Assembly: GCA_963716175.1 (NCBI GenBank)
Contig: OY970296.1
Coordinates: 512,001 to 576,000 of the forward strand
Direction of reading: 5' to 3'
DNA from: an uncultured Armatimonadetes bacterium
GTDB taxonomy: Bacteria > Armatimonadota > Hebobacteria > Hebobacterales > Hebobacteraceae
Length of the DNA stretch: 64,000 bases
Shown: positions 48,977-60,170 of the stretch, piece by piece
Layout of the letters: each line of letters starts with the position of its first letter
Numbering within the stretch: the stretch's first letter is position 1
Translations under genes and position numbers: made by a program
The notes under the pieces: generated by a model
The model's database searches: none
What the model saw: the letters and a program-made list of their open reading frames with translations, nothing else
Told to the model about the DNA's origin: nothing

Positions 48977-49687
48977 CTACTTCTCCTGTCCCACCTTGCG
49001 GCGAGCATGCTCGGCGGCCGCGGCCACGAAAGCGGCAAACAGGCGTCCCTGGCGCGGCTCGCACGGCATGCGCTCTGGATGCCACTGCACCCCGATCACG
49101 AACTCGCTCTCCCCGGCCTCGATGGCTTCGATGACCCCGTCCTCCGACCAGGCCACCGCCCGCGCCCATGCCCCCAGGCGGCCGTTAGCCTGATGATGAA
49201 AGCTGTTCACCTCGGCCCGCGAGCAGCCCAGGATTCCCGCCAGCCGACTGCCTGAGGCGATCTCCACCTGATGGGGCCAGCCGGAGTGCTCTCGTGGGTT
49301 AGACACCAGTGTCGGAATGTCCTGTATCAAACTCCCACCCAAGGCCACGCCCAGCACCTGCGCGCCGCGGCAGATTCCCAAGACCGGCATCCCGGCGGCG
49401 AGCGCCGCGCTCACCAAGCGCAGCTCGAGTTCGTCCCGCCCCTCGTCTATGTCCTTCGATTCCGGGTGGCGCGACTGCCCGTAGCAGGCCGGGTCAACAT
49501 CGCCTCCGCCACCCAGCAAGACGCCATCGAGCCCTTCGGTCGCGGCCTCCGGGTCACCGGGGAGAAGCTCCACCACTTTCCCGCCCCGAGTCTCCAGCGC
49601 GCGCCGGTACTCGGCCCGCTGCTCGTCAGTGTTGTGGCGCGAGAAGGTGACACCGATGCTGGGAGGAGCCAGGCACTCAGGGGTCAT
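48977..49687 (-). CDS. Peptidase C26/gamma-glutamyl-GABA hydrolase family amidotransferase
   Basis: GGGDVDP, LGICRG, VNSFHHQ, GVQWHPE. Confidence 0.88.
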   Translation of the reverse strand: MTPECLAPPSIGVTFSRHNTDEQRAEYRRALETRGGKVVELLPGDPEAATEGLDGVLLGGGGDVDPACYGQSRHPESKDIDEGRDELELRLVSAALAAGMPVLGICRGAQVLGVALGGSLIQDIPTLVSNPREHSGWPHQVEIASGSRLAGILGCSRAEVNSFHHQANGRLGAWARAVAWSEDGVIEAIEAGESEFVIGVQWHPERMPCEPRQGRLFAAFVAAAAEHARRKVGQEK

Positions 49688-49735
49688 GAGCGGCTGTAGG
49701 GCGAGGTCTCGCCACCCCGCCGGGCGGCATCGGCC

Positions 49736-49763
49736 AACAAAAAGGGCCAGCTTGCGCCGGCCC
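49736..49763 (-). terminator. Rho-independent terminator of rpsT
   Basis: Minus strand GGGCCGGC-GCAA-GCTGGCCC-TTTTTGTT. Confidence 0.7.
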
Positions 49764-49787
49764 GGGTCACACCGGGGTCAGCCATGA

Positions 49788-50054
49788 TCAGGCTTGGAGC
49801 CTGGCCAGTTGGCGCGCCAGGCGTGACTTGCGCCTGGCGGCCTGGCGCCTGTGGATAATGCCCTTCGCCGCTCCCTTGTCCAGCAGTCGGCTAGCCGTCC
49901 GCACCAACTCGCCCGCCGCAACGGCCTCGCCGGAGCGCAGTTCCACCCGCGCCTTGCGAATCCACGTCTTCACCTGCGACCGCACGTTGAGATTCCTCAG
50001 GCGCCGCTGGCGGGAGCGAATCACGTCCTTCTTCAATGACTTGATGTTGGGCAA
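49788..50054 (-). CDS. rpsT: 30S ribosomal protein S20
   Basis: TTG start with GGAGGTG; PNIKS..K...RN..RS..KT; LDK.A.KGIIH...AARRKSRL. Confidence 0.93.
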   Translation of the reverse strand: MPNIKSLKKDVIRSRQRRLRNLNVRSQVKTWIRKARVELRSGEAVAAGELVRTASRLLDKGAAKGIIHRRQAARRKSRLARQLARLQA

Positions 50055-50140
50055 GCGATCACACCTCCGAGACGCTGGGATTGTAGCATAGTCGGGAGTT
50101 CTCCACAAGGCCGCCCGGGGTCGCCCAGCTCACGCGCGCC

Positions 50141-51853
50141 TCAGCCCGTCGGCTCGCTCATCTTGCGCACCGCTTGCTCGATCATCTGCCGTACCCAGGG
50201 GCGATGCTCTGGCGCGCAGATATCGCGCAGATGGAGAACCTGCTCGGGAGAGACGATGGCGATGGTTGGGGTTTCTCCCACGCGACTCAGCTCCACCGTC
50301 TCGATGCGGCTGAGCTGGACACGTTCCACCTTGCGCTCGGGGGTGCGGAATCCGAGTTCGCCCTCCCCGATCTCCACTCGCACACCGGCCAGCCGCGCCA
50401 CAATCTCGCCTCTCAGCATGACTGCGAGGTAGATGTTGAGGCTGAGGTAGGCGGCCGCCACGAGCCACCCTATCCAGAAGGCAATGACCCAGGGCCTGAG
50501 CAGCACGGCGCAGGTAAGGGCCACCATCAGCACCACCGCAAACAGCGCCAGGGCCAGCAGCCCCAGCCAGCCCCTCCCCGTGGCCGGATACCGCATCACC
50601 CATCGCCCCGCGCTTTCCTCGATCTCCAGGTCGCAGCCCCGAGGCCGCGGCAGAACGGCAGCCAGGGAGCGGCCCTCTGCGCGCTCCCGGAGGGAGTGGG
50701 GAATCTGCTCTGGCTCCGTTCTGGTCTCTACGCCCTCCGCGCGCACTGTGACTGCCCGATTCAGAGCCATCCCGAGGCCGCGCAGCGCAGCCCGGGCCGC
50801 CGCCTCCTCCTGGTGGCGCACCAGGGGCACTCGTTCCCGTGTCGCCAGCACGGCCGCCACCACACACGGCCGCAGGCTTCCGGGCAGGACCTGCAGTTCC
50901 AGATGCGTGATCTCGGCGGCCGCGAGCTGGCGCCGCCTGCGCCAGGGCCCGAGAGCGGAGAAGACAGTGAGCTGCTTGCCGTCCGGGCTTACGCTCGCCC
51001 CTCGTCGGGAGCGCAGGATGGTGAGCCAGGCAAGGAAGAGGCCGGCGAGCACGGACAGGGCGAGCGCCTCCCAGAGGTCGGCCAGCGTCCACCGCGCCAC
51101 CCGCCGCCCCGGCCAGGGCGCCGCCATCAGACCCAGCGTGAGCGCGCCGATCCAGCTCGCCCGGCCCAGGTAGTGCCATCCTGGCACCCGCCATTGGGAC
51201 TTCATCATCCCGTCCGGCGCGGGCCCACCGAGCAGGAGCGCGCCCAGGGCCACCCAGAGCATCCCCAGCAGCCACAGCGCCTTGCGAGCCAGCGGCATCG
51301 CCACCCAGAGCTGCTCTCGCTCCGCCGCCCACACCTCCCGCCAGTTTACCTGCCGGGGCCAGTGCAGGGCGAGCCGACCTGGCCTTCCCTCCAGGCAAGC
51401 CAGATCTCGCGATTCGGCAGCGCGCGGTTTGCGGCCAGCGTAGTCAAGCCAGATATGGCCGAAGGAGGCGCGCACCTCGAACGAGATGTGTCTGCCCGCC
51501 AGCAAGCTGGCCAGGAGGACCGCCTTGGACTCGCAGTCGCCGCGCAGAGAGCGCACTACCTCGGCTGGGGTGGGCACGTACCAGGGAACACGGTAGAGCT
51601 GCCAGTCGGGGGTGGGAGTGAGTAGGCTATCCACACGCGACTCGATGCCCGCCGCCTGGCGAGGCAGCGGCCAGCCGATGCGTTCTGCCAGACCGGGATC
51701 AACCGGGAGGTGGCGGTAGCGCAGGAAGTTGCGGCCCAGCACCGCGGGATTGGGGTAGCAGGCCAGCAAGGTCCAGATGACCGCGGCGATCAAGGCCAGG
51801 CCCACCCGCCGCGCCCGTCGCGGTTGCCAAGGGGCGGCGAGGCCCGCGCTCAT
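50141..51853 (-). CDS. Membrane protein with transglutaminase-like domain and two bPH-like regions
   Basis: GDCESKAVLLASLL...GHIWLD Cys-His-Asp pattern; several TM helices. Confidence 0.6.
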   Translation of the reverse strand: MSAGLAAPWQPRRARRVGLALIAAVIWTLLACYPNPAVLGRNFLRYRHLPVDPGLAERIGWPLPRQAAGIESRVDSLLTPTPDWQLYRVPWYVPTPAEVVRSLRGDCESKAVLLASLLAGRHISFEVRASFGHIWLDYAGRKPRAAESRDLACLEGRPGRLALHWPRQVNWREVWAAEREQLWVAMPLARKALWLLGMLWVALGALLLGGPAPDGMMKSQWRVPGWHYLGRASWIGALTLGLMAAPWPGRRVARWTLADLWEALALSVLAGLFLAWLTILRSRRGASVSPDGKQLTVFSALGPWRRRRQLAAAEITHLELQVLPGSLRPCVVAAVLATRERVPLVRHQEEAAARAALRGLGMALNRAVTVRAEGVETRTEPEQIPHSLRERAEGRSLAAVLPRPRGCDLEIEESAGRWVMRYPATGRGWLGLLALALFAVVLMVALTCAVLLRPWVIAFWIGWLVAAAYLSLNIYLAVMLRGEIVARLAGVRVEIGEGELGFRTPERKVERVQLSRIETVELSRVGETPTIAIVSPEQVLHLRDICAPEHRPWVRQMIEQAVRKMSEPTG

Positions 51854-52329
51854 TGCTCTCCCCGCCCGGCCGCTTCCTGCAGCCGAGCCAGCCGCTCGCG
51901 CATCCGGGCCACATGCGTCCCCTCCCAGTAGACCCGGCCACACCCCGGGCAGCGGGCATAGCGCTCCTGGGTGAGGTAGATGAAAGGCGGGACCTGGTCC
52001 CATACCTCATCCCGCGCGGCCGGGGTCAGGACTTCGTTGCACACCGTACACCGGGTCAGGGGGCGGGCCCGCTGCAGGTCAATCGGGGCTTCCTTGGCCA
52101 CTTGCCGCAGTTGATCCTCCACACGATCGTGGGCCACGAAAAGCACCCGCGGGCCGCAGGCCTGCGCCAGATTGGTGTCTCGCGTCAGCAGCACTGCACC
52201 ACGCTCTCGGGCCCAGGCCAGCACCTGCCGGTCATCGGCGAAGGGATGGTAGACCACGTCAAAGCCGAAGGCGCGCAGCCACCTGGCCAGGCGCCCCAGC
52301 ATGCAGTCGGCAACGAAACGAAGTGACAC
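51850..52329 (-). CDS. Mut7-C RNase domain protein (DUF82)
   Basis: FVADCMLGRLARWLR..GFD, LLTRD, RCTVCN, CPGCGRVYWEGTH. Confidence 0.9.
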   Translation of the reverse strand: MSLRFVADCMLGRLARWLRAFGFDVVYHPFADDRQVLAWARERGAVLLTRDTNLAQACGPRVLFVAHDRVEDQLRQVAKEAPIDLQRARPLTRCTVCNEVLTPAARDEVWDQVPPFIYLTQERYARCPGCGRVYWEGTHVARMRERLARLQEAAGRGEQ

Positions 52330-52486
52330 CGAAGACCCCTCCCCTTGCCCCAGGCAGGGTTCGTCGGGGCCCAGGTCGGGTCCTGCCCCGTCTCGGGCGC
52401 CGCGCTGGCGTGGTCTGCGGGGCCAGGGATGAAACCTAAAGGGCTGGGGGCACGTATCCGTGAGAGGGGAACAGGGAGGTGCCGCT

Positions 52487-53437
52487 ATGCGCGCTCGTCT
52501 GCTGGTAGTGGTAGCAGTTGTCTTTCTGCTGGTGTGCGCGGCGGCCTGGGCCGCCCACCGAGCGGCTGAGGCCGCGCGCTCGCTGGTCGCCTACCAGGCG
52601 GCCCAGGGTCAGGGATGGGTCGAGCTAGGCCGAGAGAGGGCGACTTTCGACCTGAGGGGAGCTCAGCGGCTGATAATAGAGAACCGGTTTGGGAACGTCG
52701 AGGTGACGCCCGGCGGCCCTGGCCTGGAGGTGAAGGCAACCAAGTACGCCCGGACCAAAGACCTGGCCCAGGGCCGCCGACAGGCCGAGGGCCTGAGGCT
52801 TTCCGCCTCACCGCAGGGAGAACGCGGGCTCAGGATCACAGTCGGGCCGGCCAGCGCAGCCAGGGGAATTCGCGTCGACCTGGAGGTCCTGGCGCCCACC
52901 TCGGTTGACCTCACAGTGCGGGTGAGCGTGGGCGAGGTGGGAGTGAGCGGGATGCAGGCGGCGGTCGCAGTGGAGAGCAAGGCGGGCGATGTCACCGTCG
53001 CCAACTGCCCTGGCCCGGTCAGGGTTGGCAGCCTGGCTGGCAATACCCAGGTGAGCTCGACCCGGAAAGAGCTGTCGGTTGAGGTTGGGGCCGGCGAGAT
53101 GGTGCTGGAAGACATCCGCGGCCCGGTGCGCGCCAGAGGCCGCGTGGGCCAAGTCTACCTCAACGGAGTCCAGAGCGACTGGATCACAGCCGCCCTGGAC
53201 TGTGGCGAGATCGCAATCGAGATGGACAAGCCCTTCTCAGGGAAGCTGGCGGCGCGGACCCGCATTGGTAACACCTCCATCGCCCTCCGCCCCGGCTCGC
53301 GTTGCCGCGTGCTGACTAGCGTCGGCATCGGGAGCGTTGAGGACGGCCTTCCCGCTCGCGTGCTGTCTCGCATCGGCCCCGGTGTGATCGAGGCCAGCGC
53401 CGGGATGGGAGAAGTGTGCCTCGTGGAGGCGGACTGA
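52487..53437 (+). CDS. DUF4097 beta-strand repeat protein
   Basis: Signal peptide; repeated GxVxV beta motifs. Confidence 0.7.
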   Translation: MRARLLVVVAVVFLLVCAAAWAAHRAAEAARSLVAYQAAQGQGWVELGRERATFDLRGAQRLIIENRFGNVEVTPGGPGLEVKATKYARTKDLAQGRRQAEGLRLSASPQGERGLRITVGPASAARGIRVDLEVLAPTSVDLTVRVSVGEVGVSGMQAAVAVESKAGDVTVANCPGPVRVGSLAGNTQVSSTRKELSVEVGAGEMVLEDIRGPVRARGRVGQVYLNGVQSDWITAALDCGEIAIEMDKPFSGKLAARTRIGNTSIALRPGSRCRVLTSVGIGSVEDGLPARVLSRIGPGVIEASAGMGEVCLVEAD

Positions 53438-53472
53438 GGGGCAACAGGTCACGCAGAGCAGCCGCGAACAGC

Positions 53473-53502
53473 AGGCGGAGTCCGCCCAGGCGGACTCCGC
53501 CT
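53473..53502. terminator. Strong hairpin between convergent genes
   Basis: AGGCGGAGTCCGCC-CA-GGCGGACTCCGCCT. Confidence 0.5.
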
Positions 53503-53553
53503 TCAACTGGCACTTGTGTGTCTTGCAAGCCGCGGGGCGCGACCGGAACGGCG

Positions 53554-54531
53554 CTACTCGGCCGGGCCGAATCCGCAGACGTAGACCCCGAGCAGAAGGA
53601 CCTCTGACGGCTGCACATAGGGCGATGAAGGCTCTCCGCTGAACAGGATCTTCTCGGATGGCATCCAGGCGGCATGGCCGTCGGTGAACCCGAGGTTGCT
53701 ACCCCCCAGGTGGCGGGGCCAAGAGTACTCCTTGCGGTATTCGGTATCGGTCTGGAAGCGTGGATCGCCGGCGCCGCAGTCCACCGACTGCGCGCAGTTC
53801 GCCCAGTCCCACTCCTCGTTCTGCCTGCACAGGGCCTTCTCCACTCCGTACCTGTCAGGGTAGGCAAACCGGGAGGTTCTGAGCACCTCCTGGTTGTACC
53901 CGCTGTCCCCGCAGGCCACGTACCTCGCCGGGTCGGCGATCTGCGAGGTCTTGAGTTCGCGGAGGTCGCGGGAGGTTCCGATGGTCTGGGCGAATGCTCC
54001 AGTATCCTCACCAGCGCACTGCCACTGCACGAAGCTGTCGGTCACGCTGCCTCCCCAGCCATTGGGGAAGCCCGTGCCACAGCCCTGGCAGCCCAAGCCG
54101 TTATCCGGATGGTCTAACAGGTACTGGTACCAGTCGCTGTAGCCAGGGTAGATCCAGAGTCCTGGGACATAGCGCGCGCTCGGGCACCGCCAGACGTCGC
54201 GGTTCTTGGTGTACTCCTCGAGGATGACGGGCCACTGCAGGTAGGGGTTGGCGAAGGTCTGATAGCAGCAGCAAACGTCGCCGGTGCCTCCGAAATCGTT
54301 GAACCCCTGCACGACCTCCGCCCGGTGCTCCCTGGGGCCCATTTTGTCGTAGTCCGCTAGGTACATCTGGAAAGCCATGGCAATGTTCTTCACATTGGAC
54401 AGGCACTGAATCTTCCGTGCCGACTCCCTCGCTCTTGCGAATACGGGAAACAGCATTGCGGCCAGGATCGCTATTATCGCGATCACTACCAAGAGCTCGA
54501 TCAGAGTGAAACCTCGATGCTTTCGAATCAT
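53554..54531 (-). CDS. DUF1559 prepilin-type protein with H-X9-DG motif
   Basis: [33 protein letters not shown]...CLSN; [14 protein letters not shown]. Confidence 0.9.
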   Translation of the reverse strand: MIRKHRGFTLIELLVVIAIIAILAAMLFPVFARARESARKIQCLSNVKNIAMAFQMYLADYDKMGPREHRAEVVQGFNDFGGTGDVCCCYQTFANPYLQWPVILEEYTKNRDVWRCPSARYVPGLWIYPGYSDWYQYLLDHPDNGLGCQGCGTGFPNGWGGSVTDSFVQWQCAGEDTGAFAQTIGTSRDLRELKTSQIADPARYVACGDSGYNQEVLRTSRFAYPDRYGVEKALCRQNEEWDWANCAQSVDCGAGDPRFQTDTEYRKEYSWPRHLGGSNLGFTDGHAAWMPSEKILFSGEPSSPYVQPSEVLLLGVYVCGFGPAE

Positions 54532-54646
54532 CACCTGCACTACCTCCTTCTCTGTGGATACGCGGCACCACCACGGCCAATCTCGGACTCTCACCTCCTT
54601 CCCAAACCCGCGAATGGTACTCCGGCCCCCCTGCCTCGTCAACAGC

Positions 54647-57496
54647 CTACCGAGCCCCCCGGGTGGCCTCCAGCAGCATCTCCTGCTCCGCCGGCTGCGG
54701 GGTGAAACGGTACATCAAGCGCGCCTGCTCCCGGGCCTTCGCCAGGTTGCCTTCCTGCACCCAGAGCAGGCCCAGCACGGCCCGGGCGCGGGCGCAGAAG
54801 CGCTCGGCCGGCATCTCGCCGGGCCGCAGCCCGGCCTCCAGGGCCCCGATGGCCTGGCGTCTCGCCTCCGGGGTAGCGAACGCCTCCGGATACGCCGCCC
54901 AGTACCGCGCCACCGCCATCGCTCGCAGGTAACGCGGGCGCGGGTCAGCCGGATCCAATGCGATGGCCTGGCCGTAGGCTGCCACGGCTTTGGCCTCGTC
55001 TCCGCGGACGAAGGCGCGGCCCCACCCCTCGGCCACCCTGGGGAACGCCCTCCAGTAGGCCTCCAGCGCGGCCCGCTGCGCGCCGGTGGGATTGACCACG
55101 CTCTGCCAGGGCTTCGCCCGGCGCTCCAGCATGTCACCGACATTCCGGAGCCCGATGGGGGTGGCGATCTCGGTATCGAACTCAACGTATGGGAGGTCGT
55201 CCCGGTTGATCTGAGCTCCCTCCGTATACTGTGACAGCGATTGCTCGTCCAGCAATAGGGTGCTCACCATCCGCATCGGGTCGTCGAGCTGAACCTCGGC
55301 CAGATCCCTCTTCACCTCCGGCCGCGCCATCTTCGCCGCCCAGTCCCGGAGATCAACCTCCAGCGGCCCTGGGGTGGCGATGAGCACGGCATGGAAGGTG
55401 TTGCAGTACCAGAGCGTGACATGCGGGAAGACGGAGCGGAAGGTGGCGGCGAGAGTGGTGAACCGGCTCATGTTCGTGGGCACCCAGGCGCAGACTACGC
55501 CACCTGGTCTGAGCCGGCTCCGGCAGAGCTGGTAGAACTCGCGGGTGTAGAGATAGGGACTGAAGCTGGGATTGATGGCATTGAAGGAAATCACGTCATA
55601 GCGGTCATTGGTGGTCAGCAGGAAGTTACGGCCATCTTGCTCCAGGAACCGAAACCTGGGGTCGGCCAGGACGTCCTTGTTCTCAGACGCGAAGAGCTTC
55701 GCCGCCCGCCGCTCCGCCCCCACCAGCTCGACACAGTCCACCTGGCCCACCGGGTACTGGGTGATCGCCCAGGCGGTGGAGCCCAGCCCGAACCCGATCA
55801 CCAGCGCCTTTCGCGGTTCCTTGGCCAGCAACATGGGCACGTGGCCGAGCATCTTGTGCACCACCACGTCATCGTAGTCAGCGGCCGCGGTGGTGTCTCC
55901 ATTGAGGTTCAGCTCTCTCCGCCCCGCGGGATTCGCCAGCACCGCCAGGGAGGCCTCGCTCCCCTCGTGATAGTAGAGCACCTGCAGGTTGAGATGCAGG
56001 AAGTCTGACCAGTACTCGATGGGAGGCCGGGGATGCCAGGAGAGCCCGATACCTCCGCCGAGAGCGGCCAGACCGATCAGCCCCATTGCCACCTTGGCCC
56101 CGCGGCCCCACCCTCCCCAGCCCAGGGCTGCGAGCCCCAGGGCGACATTCACCGCCGACACCGCCAGCACGCCCCGCTGCGCCCCTAGCCAGACCAGGAG
56201 GCCGAACCCTGCGACCACCGATCCCACGACACAGCCCACGGTGTTGGCGGCGTAGAGCAGGCCCAGCCGCCCTCCCAGTCGCTCGACCTCGCGGCTGTAG
56301 GCCCTGATGAGAAGGGGCGTCACTCCGCCCATGAGCAAGGTTGGCAGCAGCATCAGGGCAGAGGCCACCGCGAAGCGGGGCCCGACCTCGCCTCCGCCCA
56401 GCGCACCGCGTGCGGCCTGAGCGAGAGGCAGCAGGCGGCCGATCACGAGCAGCAGGTAGGCGGCCGCTAGACCCACCCCCAGCTCCAGCAGCCCGAAGGC
56501 GGAGAGCCGATCTCGCATCCGATCCGCGGCCCGGGCCAGCAGCAAGCTGCCCAGCGCAATCCCAATCAGGAAAGAGGCCAGGATGGTGGAGAAGGCATAG
56601 ATAGTCTGCCCTGTGAAGTAGACCAGCACCCGGGTCCACAGCACTTCGTAGGCGAGCGAGGTGGCGCCCGCGACTCCGTAGCCGACGAGGAGCAGCCAGT
56701 CCAGGGACCGGTGAGATCGCGCCTCGCGAGCCCGTTTGGGGGACGCCTGCCCTGCGGAGCGGCCGTGTCTAGCGCGCCCGCCACTGGGCCGCGCCCGAGG
56801 GGCCGCAGGCATGGTCTCTGTGGTCACACGCGCCAGCCAGAGGCAGGCGAACCCGATCGCCAGGTTGAGCGTCACCGCCAGGCGAGTGGTGTCGCTCATC
56901 CCCAGGGTTCGCAGCAGCAGAAAGCCGGCCGCCACCGTCCCCAGCACGCCCCCCATGGTGTTGGCGCCGTAGAGCAGCCCCACGCCGAGCCCGATGCGCT
57001 CCTTCTCCCTCACCCAGAACCGGCTCATCGTCGGCAGCGTGCCCCCCATCAGCCCGGTGGGAACCAGCAGGACCAGGAAGCAGAGCAAGTAGCGCAGCAC
57101 CACGAAGCTGGCGGCGCCCCGAGGCAGGGAACGCGCCAGCGCCACGTAGGCGGCATTCACCGCGTCGAAGGCGTATGGCAGAACGAAGGCGCTGGCCCCG
57201 ATCCCCAGCTCGAGCAAGCCATAGAGGACGAGTGGACGCCGGCTGCGATCCGCCCTCGCCCCCAACACCGCGCTGCCCAGGGCCAACCCTCCCATGAAGG
57301 CGGCCACCACGGTGGTGATGGCGCCGGTGGTGACGCCGAAGACGAGCGAGAGCTTTTTCGTCCAGATCAGCTCATAGGCCAGCCCGGCGAAGCCCGAGAG
57401 AGTGAACAGCACGAGGATCAGCGCCGGCTTTGCGCTTGCGGTCCGCGTTCCCACTACACCACTCTCACCAGGTCTCCGCTTTCGATCGTCGGGCAC
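54647..57496 (-). CDS. Fused MFS-like/spermidine synthase protein with TPR tail
   Basis: [31 protein letters not shown]...YDVI. Confidence 0.85.
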   Translation of the reverse strand: MPDDRKRRPGESGVVGTRTASAKPALILVLFTLSGFAGLAYELIWTKKLSLVFGVTTGAITTVVAAFMGGLALGSAVLGARADRSRRPLVLYGLLELGIGASAFVLPYAFDAVNAAYVALARSLPRGAASFVVLRYLLCFLVLLVPTGLMGGTLPTMSRFWVREKERIGLGVGLLYGANTMGGVLGTVAAGFLLLRTLGMSDTTRLAVTLNLAIGFACLWLARVTTETMPAAPRARPSGGRARHGRSAGQASPKRAREARSHRSLDWLLLVGYGVAGATSLAYEVLWTRVLVYFTGQTIYAFSTILASFLIGIALGSLLLARAADRMRDRLSAFGLLELGVGLAAAYLLLVIGRLLPLAQAARGALGGGEVGPRFAVASALMLLPTLLMGGVTPLLIRAYSREVERLGGRLGLLYAANTVGCVVGSVVAGFGLLVWLGAQRGVLAVSAVNVALGLAALGWGGWGRGAKVAMGLIGLAALGGGIGLSWHPRPPIEYWSDFLHLNLQVLYYHEGSEASLAVLANPAGRRELNLNGDTTAAADYDDVVVHKMLGHVPMLLAKEPRKALVIGFGLGSTAWAITQYPVGQVDCVELVGAERRAAKLFASENKDVLADPRFRFLEQDGRNFLLTTNDRYDVISFNAINPSFSPYLYTREFYQLCRSRLRPGGVVCAWVPTNMSRFTTLAATFRSVFPHVTLWYCNTFHAVLIATPGPLEVDLRDWAAKMARPEVKRDLAEVQLDDPMRMVSTLLLDEQSLSQYTEGAQINRDDLPYVEFDTEIATPIGLRNVGDMLERRAKPWQSVVNPTGAQRAALEAYWRAFPRVAEGWGRAFVRGDEAKAVAAYGQAIALDPADPRPRYLRAMAVARYWAAYPEAFATPEARRQAIGALEAGLRPGEMPAERFCARARAVLGLLWVQEGNLAKAREQARLMYRFTPQPAEQEMLLEATRGAR

Positions 57497-58209
57497 CAGA
57501 ACTTCTCGATGAACTCGACCACCAGCCGCGTGCCCTCGTCATGGCTGACGTAGGGCGGCCTTGCAGGGTTATACATGGTGTCAGTGAGGTCGCGGGCGAG
57601 GGCGATGGGAACGCCCCAGCGCACCATCTGCTTGATGCCGAAGGAGCGCCCGAGCACGCACATGTTGGTGTGCACACCCATGATGATGAGCTGCTTCAGG
57701 CCGCGGTGCCGCAGGAAGCTGTAGATCTCCTCGCCGTCGTCGGAGATGGCGTCCTGCTCCTCGACCACGATGGCTGGATGCTGCCGGGTCCAGGCGGTAT
57801 GCCACGAGGTTTCGCCAGTGTCGGAGCCATGGTCGGAATCATCAATGGGCAGCGGCGGGTCGGCATGCGCGATGGGCTGTGGGGGAGCCACCCGCGGTGT
57901 CTCCAGCATCCGGCGGCGTCCCGGCGCGCCTGCGTAGAACTCCATCGTCTCCGATGGCGAGTGGATGATGGCGACACCATGGCCTCTCGCCGCCCTGACT
58001 ACCTCGTTCATGCGAACCGCCATCTCCGCACAGCGCTCGGCCGCTCCCCGGCTCCAATGGTTGTCCCACATGTCGCAGATGAGGATCGCGGTCTCCGCAG
58101 TCGGGAGCGTCTTCGGGGTAGTCACCGGATGCCAATAGCTGCGGCCCCGCGGGTCCTGCTGCAGCACTTGATGGCGGAGATTCAGCCAGAGCTGCGTGCT
58201 TGCCGCCAC
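57454..58209 (-). CDS. Isochorismatase-like cysteine hydrolase
   Basis: ILICDMWD, MGVHTNMCVLGR, RDLTD. Confidence 0.75.
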   Translation of the reverse strand: MAASTQLWLNLRHQVLQQDPRGRSYWHPVTTPKTLPTAETAILICDMWDNHWSRGAAERCAEMAVRMNEVVRAARGHGVAIIHSPSETMEFYAGAPGRRRMLETPRVAPPQPIAHADPPLPIDDSDHGSDTGETSWHTAWTRQHPAIVVEEQDAISDDGEEIYSFLRHRGLKQLIIMGVHTNMCVLGRSFGIKQMVRWGVPIALARDLTDTMYNPARPPYVSHDEGTRLVVEFIEKFWCPTIESGDLVRVV

Positions 58210-58210
58210 C

Positions 58211-59203
58211 TCATCTCCCCTCCAGCAGCGAGGCGGCCGCGATCCGCTCCGCGAGTTCCATAGTCTTGACCGCGTCGGAGAAGTTGGAGCCCGGCTGCTT
58301 GCGCGCCTTGACGCAATCTAGGAACTCGCGGTTCTTCGCCTGGAAGCCGCCGTAGACCCAGATCTCATCGCTGCCCGCCACTGCTCGCGTGTCGTACTCC
58401 ACGCCCTTGGTGTCGCCGTCCGCGTAGAGGTACCCCTTGCCCTCCAGCTCGGCATCAACTCGGACGCGGGGCGCGTGCATCTCCACGCGGAAGGTGCGGC
58501 TGCCGCTCGACCAACTGGTGACCACCATGCCCGTAGCGCCGCTGTCGAATTCGAGCAGGGCAGCGAGGAAATTGGAGTCGGGGACCTCCACCCGTTTCGT
58601 CAGGCTGTGGACTCTCACCAGCTCGCCGCCACACATCCACCGCACCGTGTCCAGCGCGTGGATGCCGTCATCGGTGATGCGATTTCTGGCCGCGAGATAA
58701 GGCCTGATATCACACTTGTAGAACTCGCACACCGCGTGCACGATGGGCCCGCGCTTCAGGCATTCCTCTCGCAGCTTCACGGCAATGGGGCAGGTGCGGC
58801 GCTGGAAGCTGACCTGAGTGATGCAGCCGTGCTTCTCCGCCAGATAGGCCAGGGACCGCGCCTGGTGCACGGTGATTCCCATGGGCTTCTCGATATAGAG
58901 GTTGAGGCCGTGCTCGAGACACCACGTCCAGAGCGGGTACATCTGGTCCGGGTCTCCGATCACGTAGACCGCGTCCGGCGCGACCTGCTCGATCATTTGC
59001 TGGTAGTTGGAGTAGCGCCTCTCGACCCCGTACTTGTCGGCGGTCGCGTTCAGCCGCTCGGGGTTGAGGTCGCAGATGGCGGCGATCTCCACATCACGGA
59101 AGGAAGCAAGCGACGGATAGTGGACGTAGTTCGCCATGCTTCCTGCCCCTACCATCGCCACCCGCACCTTGCGCGGCTTGCCGGTCGCAGCTTTCCTGGC
59201 CAT
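58211..59203 (-). CDS. Gfo/Idh/MocA oxidoreductase
   Basis: VGAGSMA, YIEKPMG, DDGIHALD. Confidence 0.85.
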   Translation of the reverse strand: MARKAATGKPRKVRVAMVGAGSMANYVHYPSLASFRDVEIAAICDLNPERLNATADKYGVERRYSNYQQMIEQVAPDAVYVIGDPDQMYPLWTWCLEHGLNLYIEKPMGITVHQARSLAYLAEKHGCITQVSFQRRTCPIAVKLREECLKRGPIVHAVCEFYKCDIRPYLAARNRITDDGIHALDTVRWMCGGELVRVHSLTKRVEVPDSNFLAALLEFDSGATGMVVTSWSSGSRTFRVEMHAPRVRVDAELEGKGYLYADGDTKGVEYDTRAVAGSDEIWVYGGFQAKNREFLDCVKARKQPGSNFSDAVKTMELAERIAAASLLEGR

Positions 59204-59419
59204 CCTGCTCCTCCCACAGTTTGTGCTATTGTCTTGTTCCAGCCCCGGCGATTATCCTCTGTCCGATGGGGCTTCTCCCCGATGCGGCCCCTAGGCGGTC
59301 TGTCCCTCGCTGGGTTCGTGGCAAACCGACGCCACTATGGGCCTGGTAGGGAACCGGCCTTGGCAAACCGCGTCCATGGGTGTACGCTACAGGGGAGCTG
59401 GCCTGGAAAGGAGCCCCTG

Positions 59420-60025
59420 GTGCGCGAAAGACCTAGCCAATCACTGGTGCTATGCCGGGCCGTGGGGGCGGCCGGCGCTTGCTTTCTCGCCTTGGGTCTG
59501 CTCTCTGCTCCCGGGCCGCCGGCCGGCGCTTCGGGCGCGCCCGCCAGGAGTACGGCCGCGCGCTGGTCCCTGACCAGCAGGGCCTTCCGCCACAATGGGC
59601 GGATCCCGCCCAAGTACACCTGCGACGGGAAGGATGTCTCGCCCGACCTGTCGTGGACGGCGCCGCCGACAGGCGCGGTGCAACTGGCGCTGATCTGCGA
59701 TGACCCCGACGCGCCTCGCGGCAACTTCACCCACTGGGTGCTGTATGCGCTTCCGGCAGGGCGGCGTTCTCTGCCCGAGGCCGTGCCCACCTCCGATACG
59801 CTTCCGAAGCTGGGGAACGCGAAGCAAGGCCGCAACAGCTTTGACGCCATCGGCTACCGCGGCCCCTGTCCGCCCAAAGGTCCGGCGCACCGCTACCGTT
59901 TCCGCCTCTATGCTCTGAATGCTGCCCTCAACCTGCCCCCGGGCCTGCAGCGGGGAGAGCTCGAGAAGGCGATGAAGGGCCACATACTGGGCCAGACCGA
60001 GCTGGTCGGGCTCTACTCCCGCTAA
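59420..60025 (+). CDS. YbhB/YbcL (PEBP/Raf kinase inhibitor-like) protein
   Basis: DDPDAP, FTHWV, GYRGPCPP, HRYRFRLYAL; start uncertain. Confidence 0.88.
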   Translation: MRERPSQSLVLCRAVGAAGACFLALGLLSAPGPPAGASGAPARSTAARWSLTSRAFRHNGRIPPKYTCDGKDVSPDLSWTAPPTGAVQLALICDDPDAPRGNFTHWVLYALPAGRRSLPEAVPTSDTLPKLGNAKQGRNSFDAIGYRGPCPPKGPAHRYRFRLYALNAALNLPPGLQRGELEKAMKGHILGQTELVGLYSR

Positions 60026-60124
60026 CGGGCTTCGCCGAACGCAGTGATGGCGAAACCCCTCAGGGCGCTTCCGAGGGCGCTGAGAAGCACGGCGCCCACT
60101 ACCTCGATATGCGAACATCACTAG
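60022..60124 (+). repeat. 103-bp CTAR-bounded palindromic element, copy 2
   Basis: Matches the reverse complement of 45477-45579. Confidence 0.8.
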
Positions 60125-60129
60125 CGCCC

Positions 60130-60159
60130 GTAGGGCGGGCATGGCTGGCCATGCCCGCC
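60130..60159 (+). repeat. GTAG-tagged REP-like palindrome
   Basis: GTAG-GGCGGGCATGGC-TG-GCCATGCCCGCC. Confidence 0.6.
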
Positions 60160-60170
60160 GCATCCACAGG

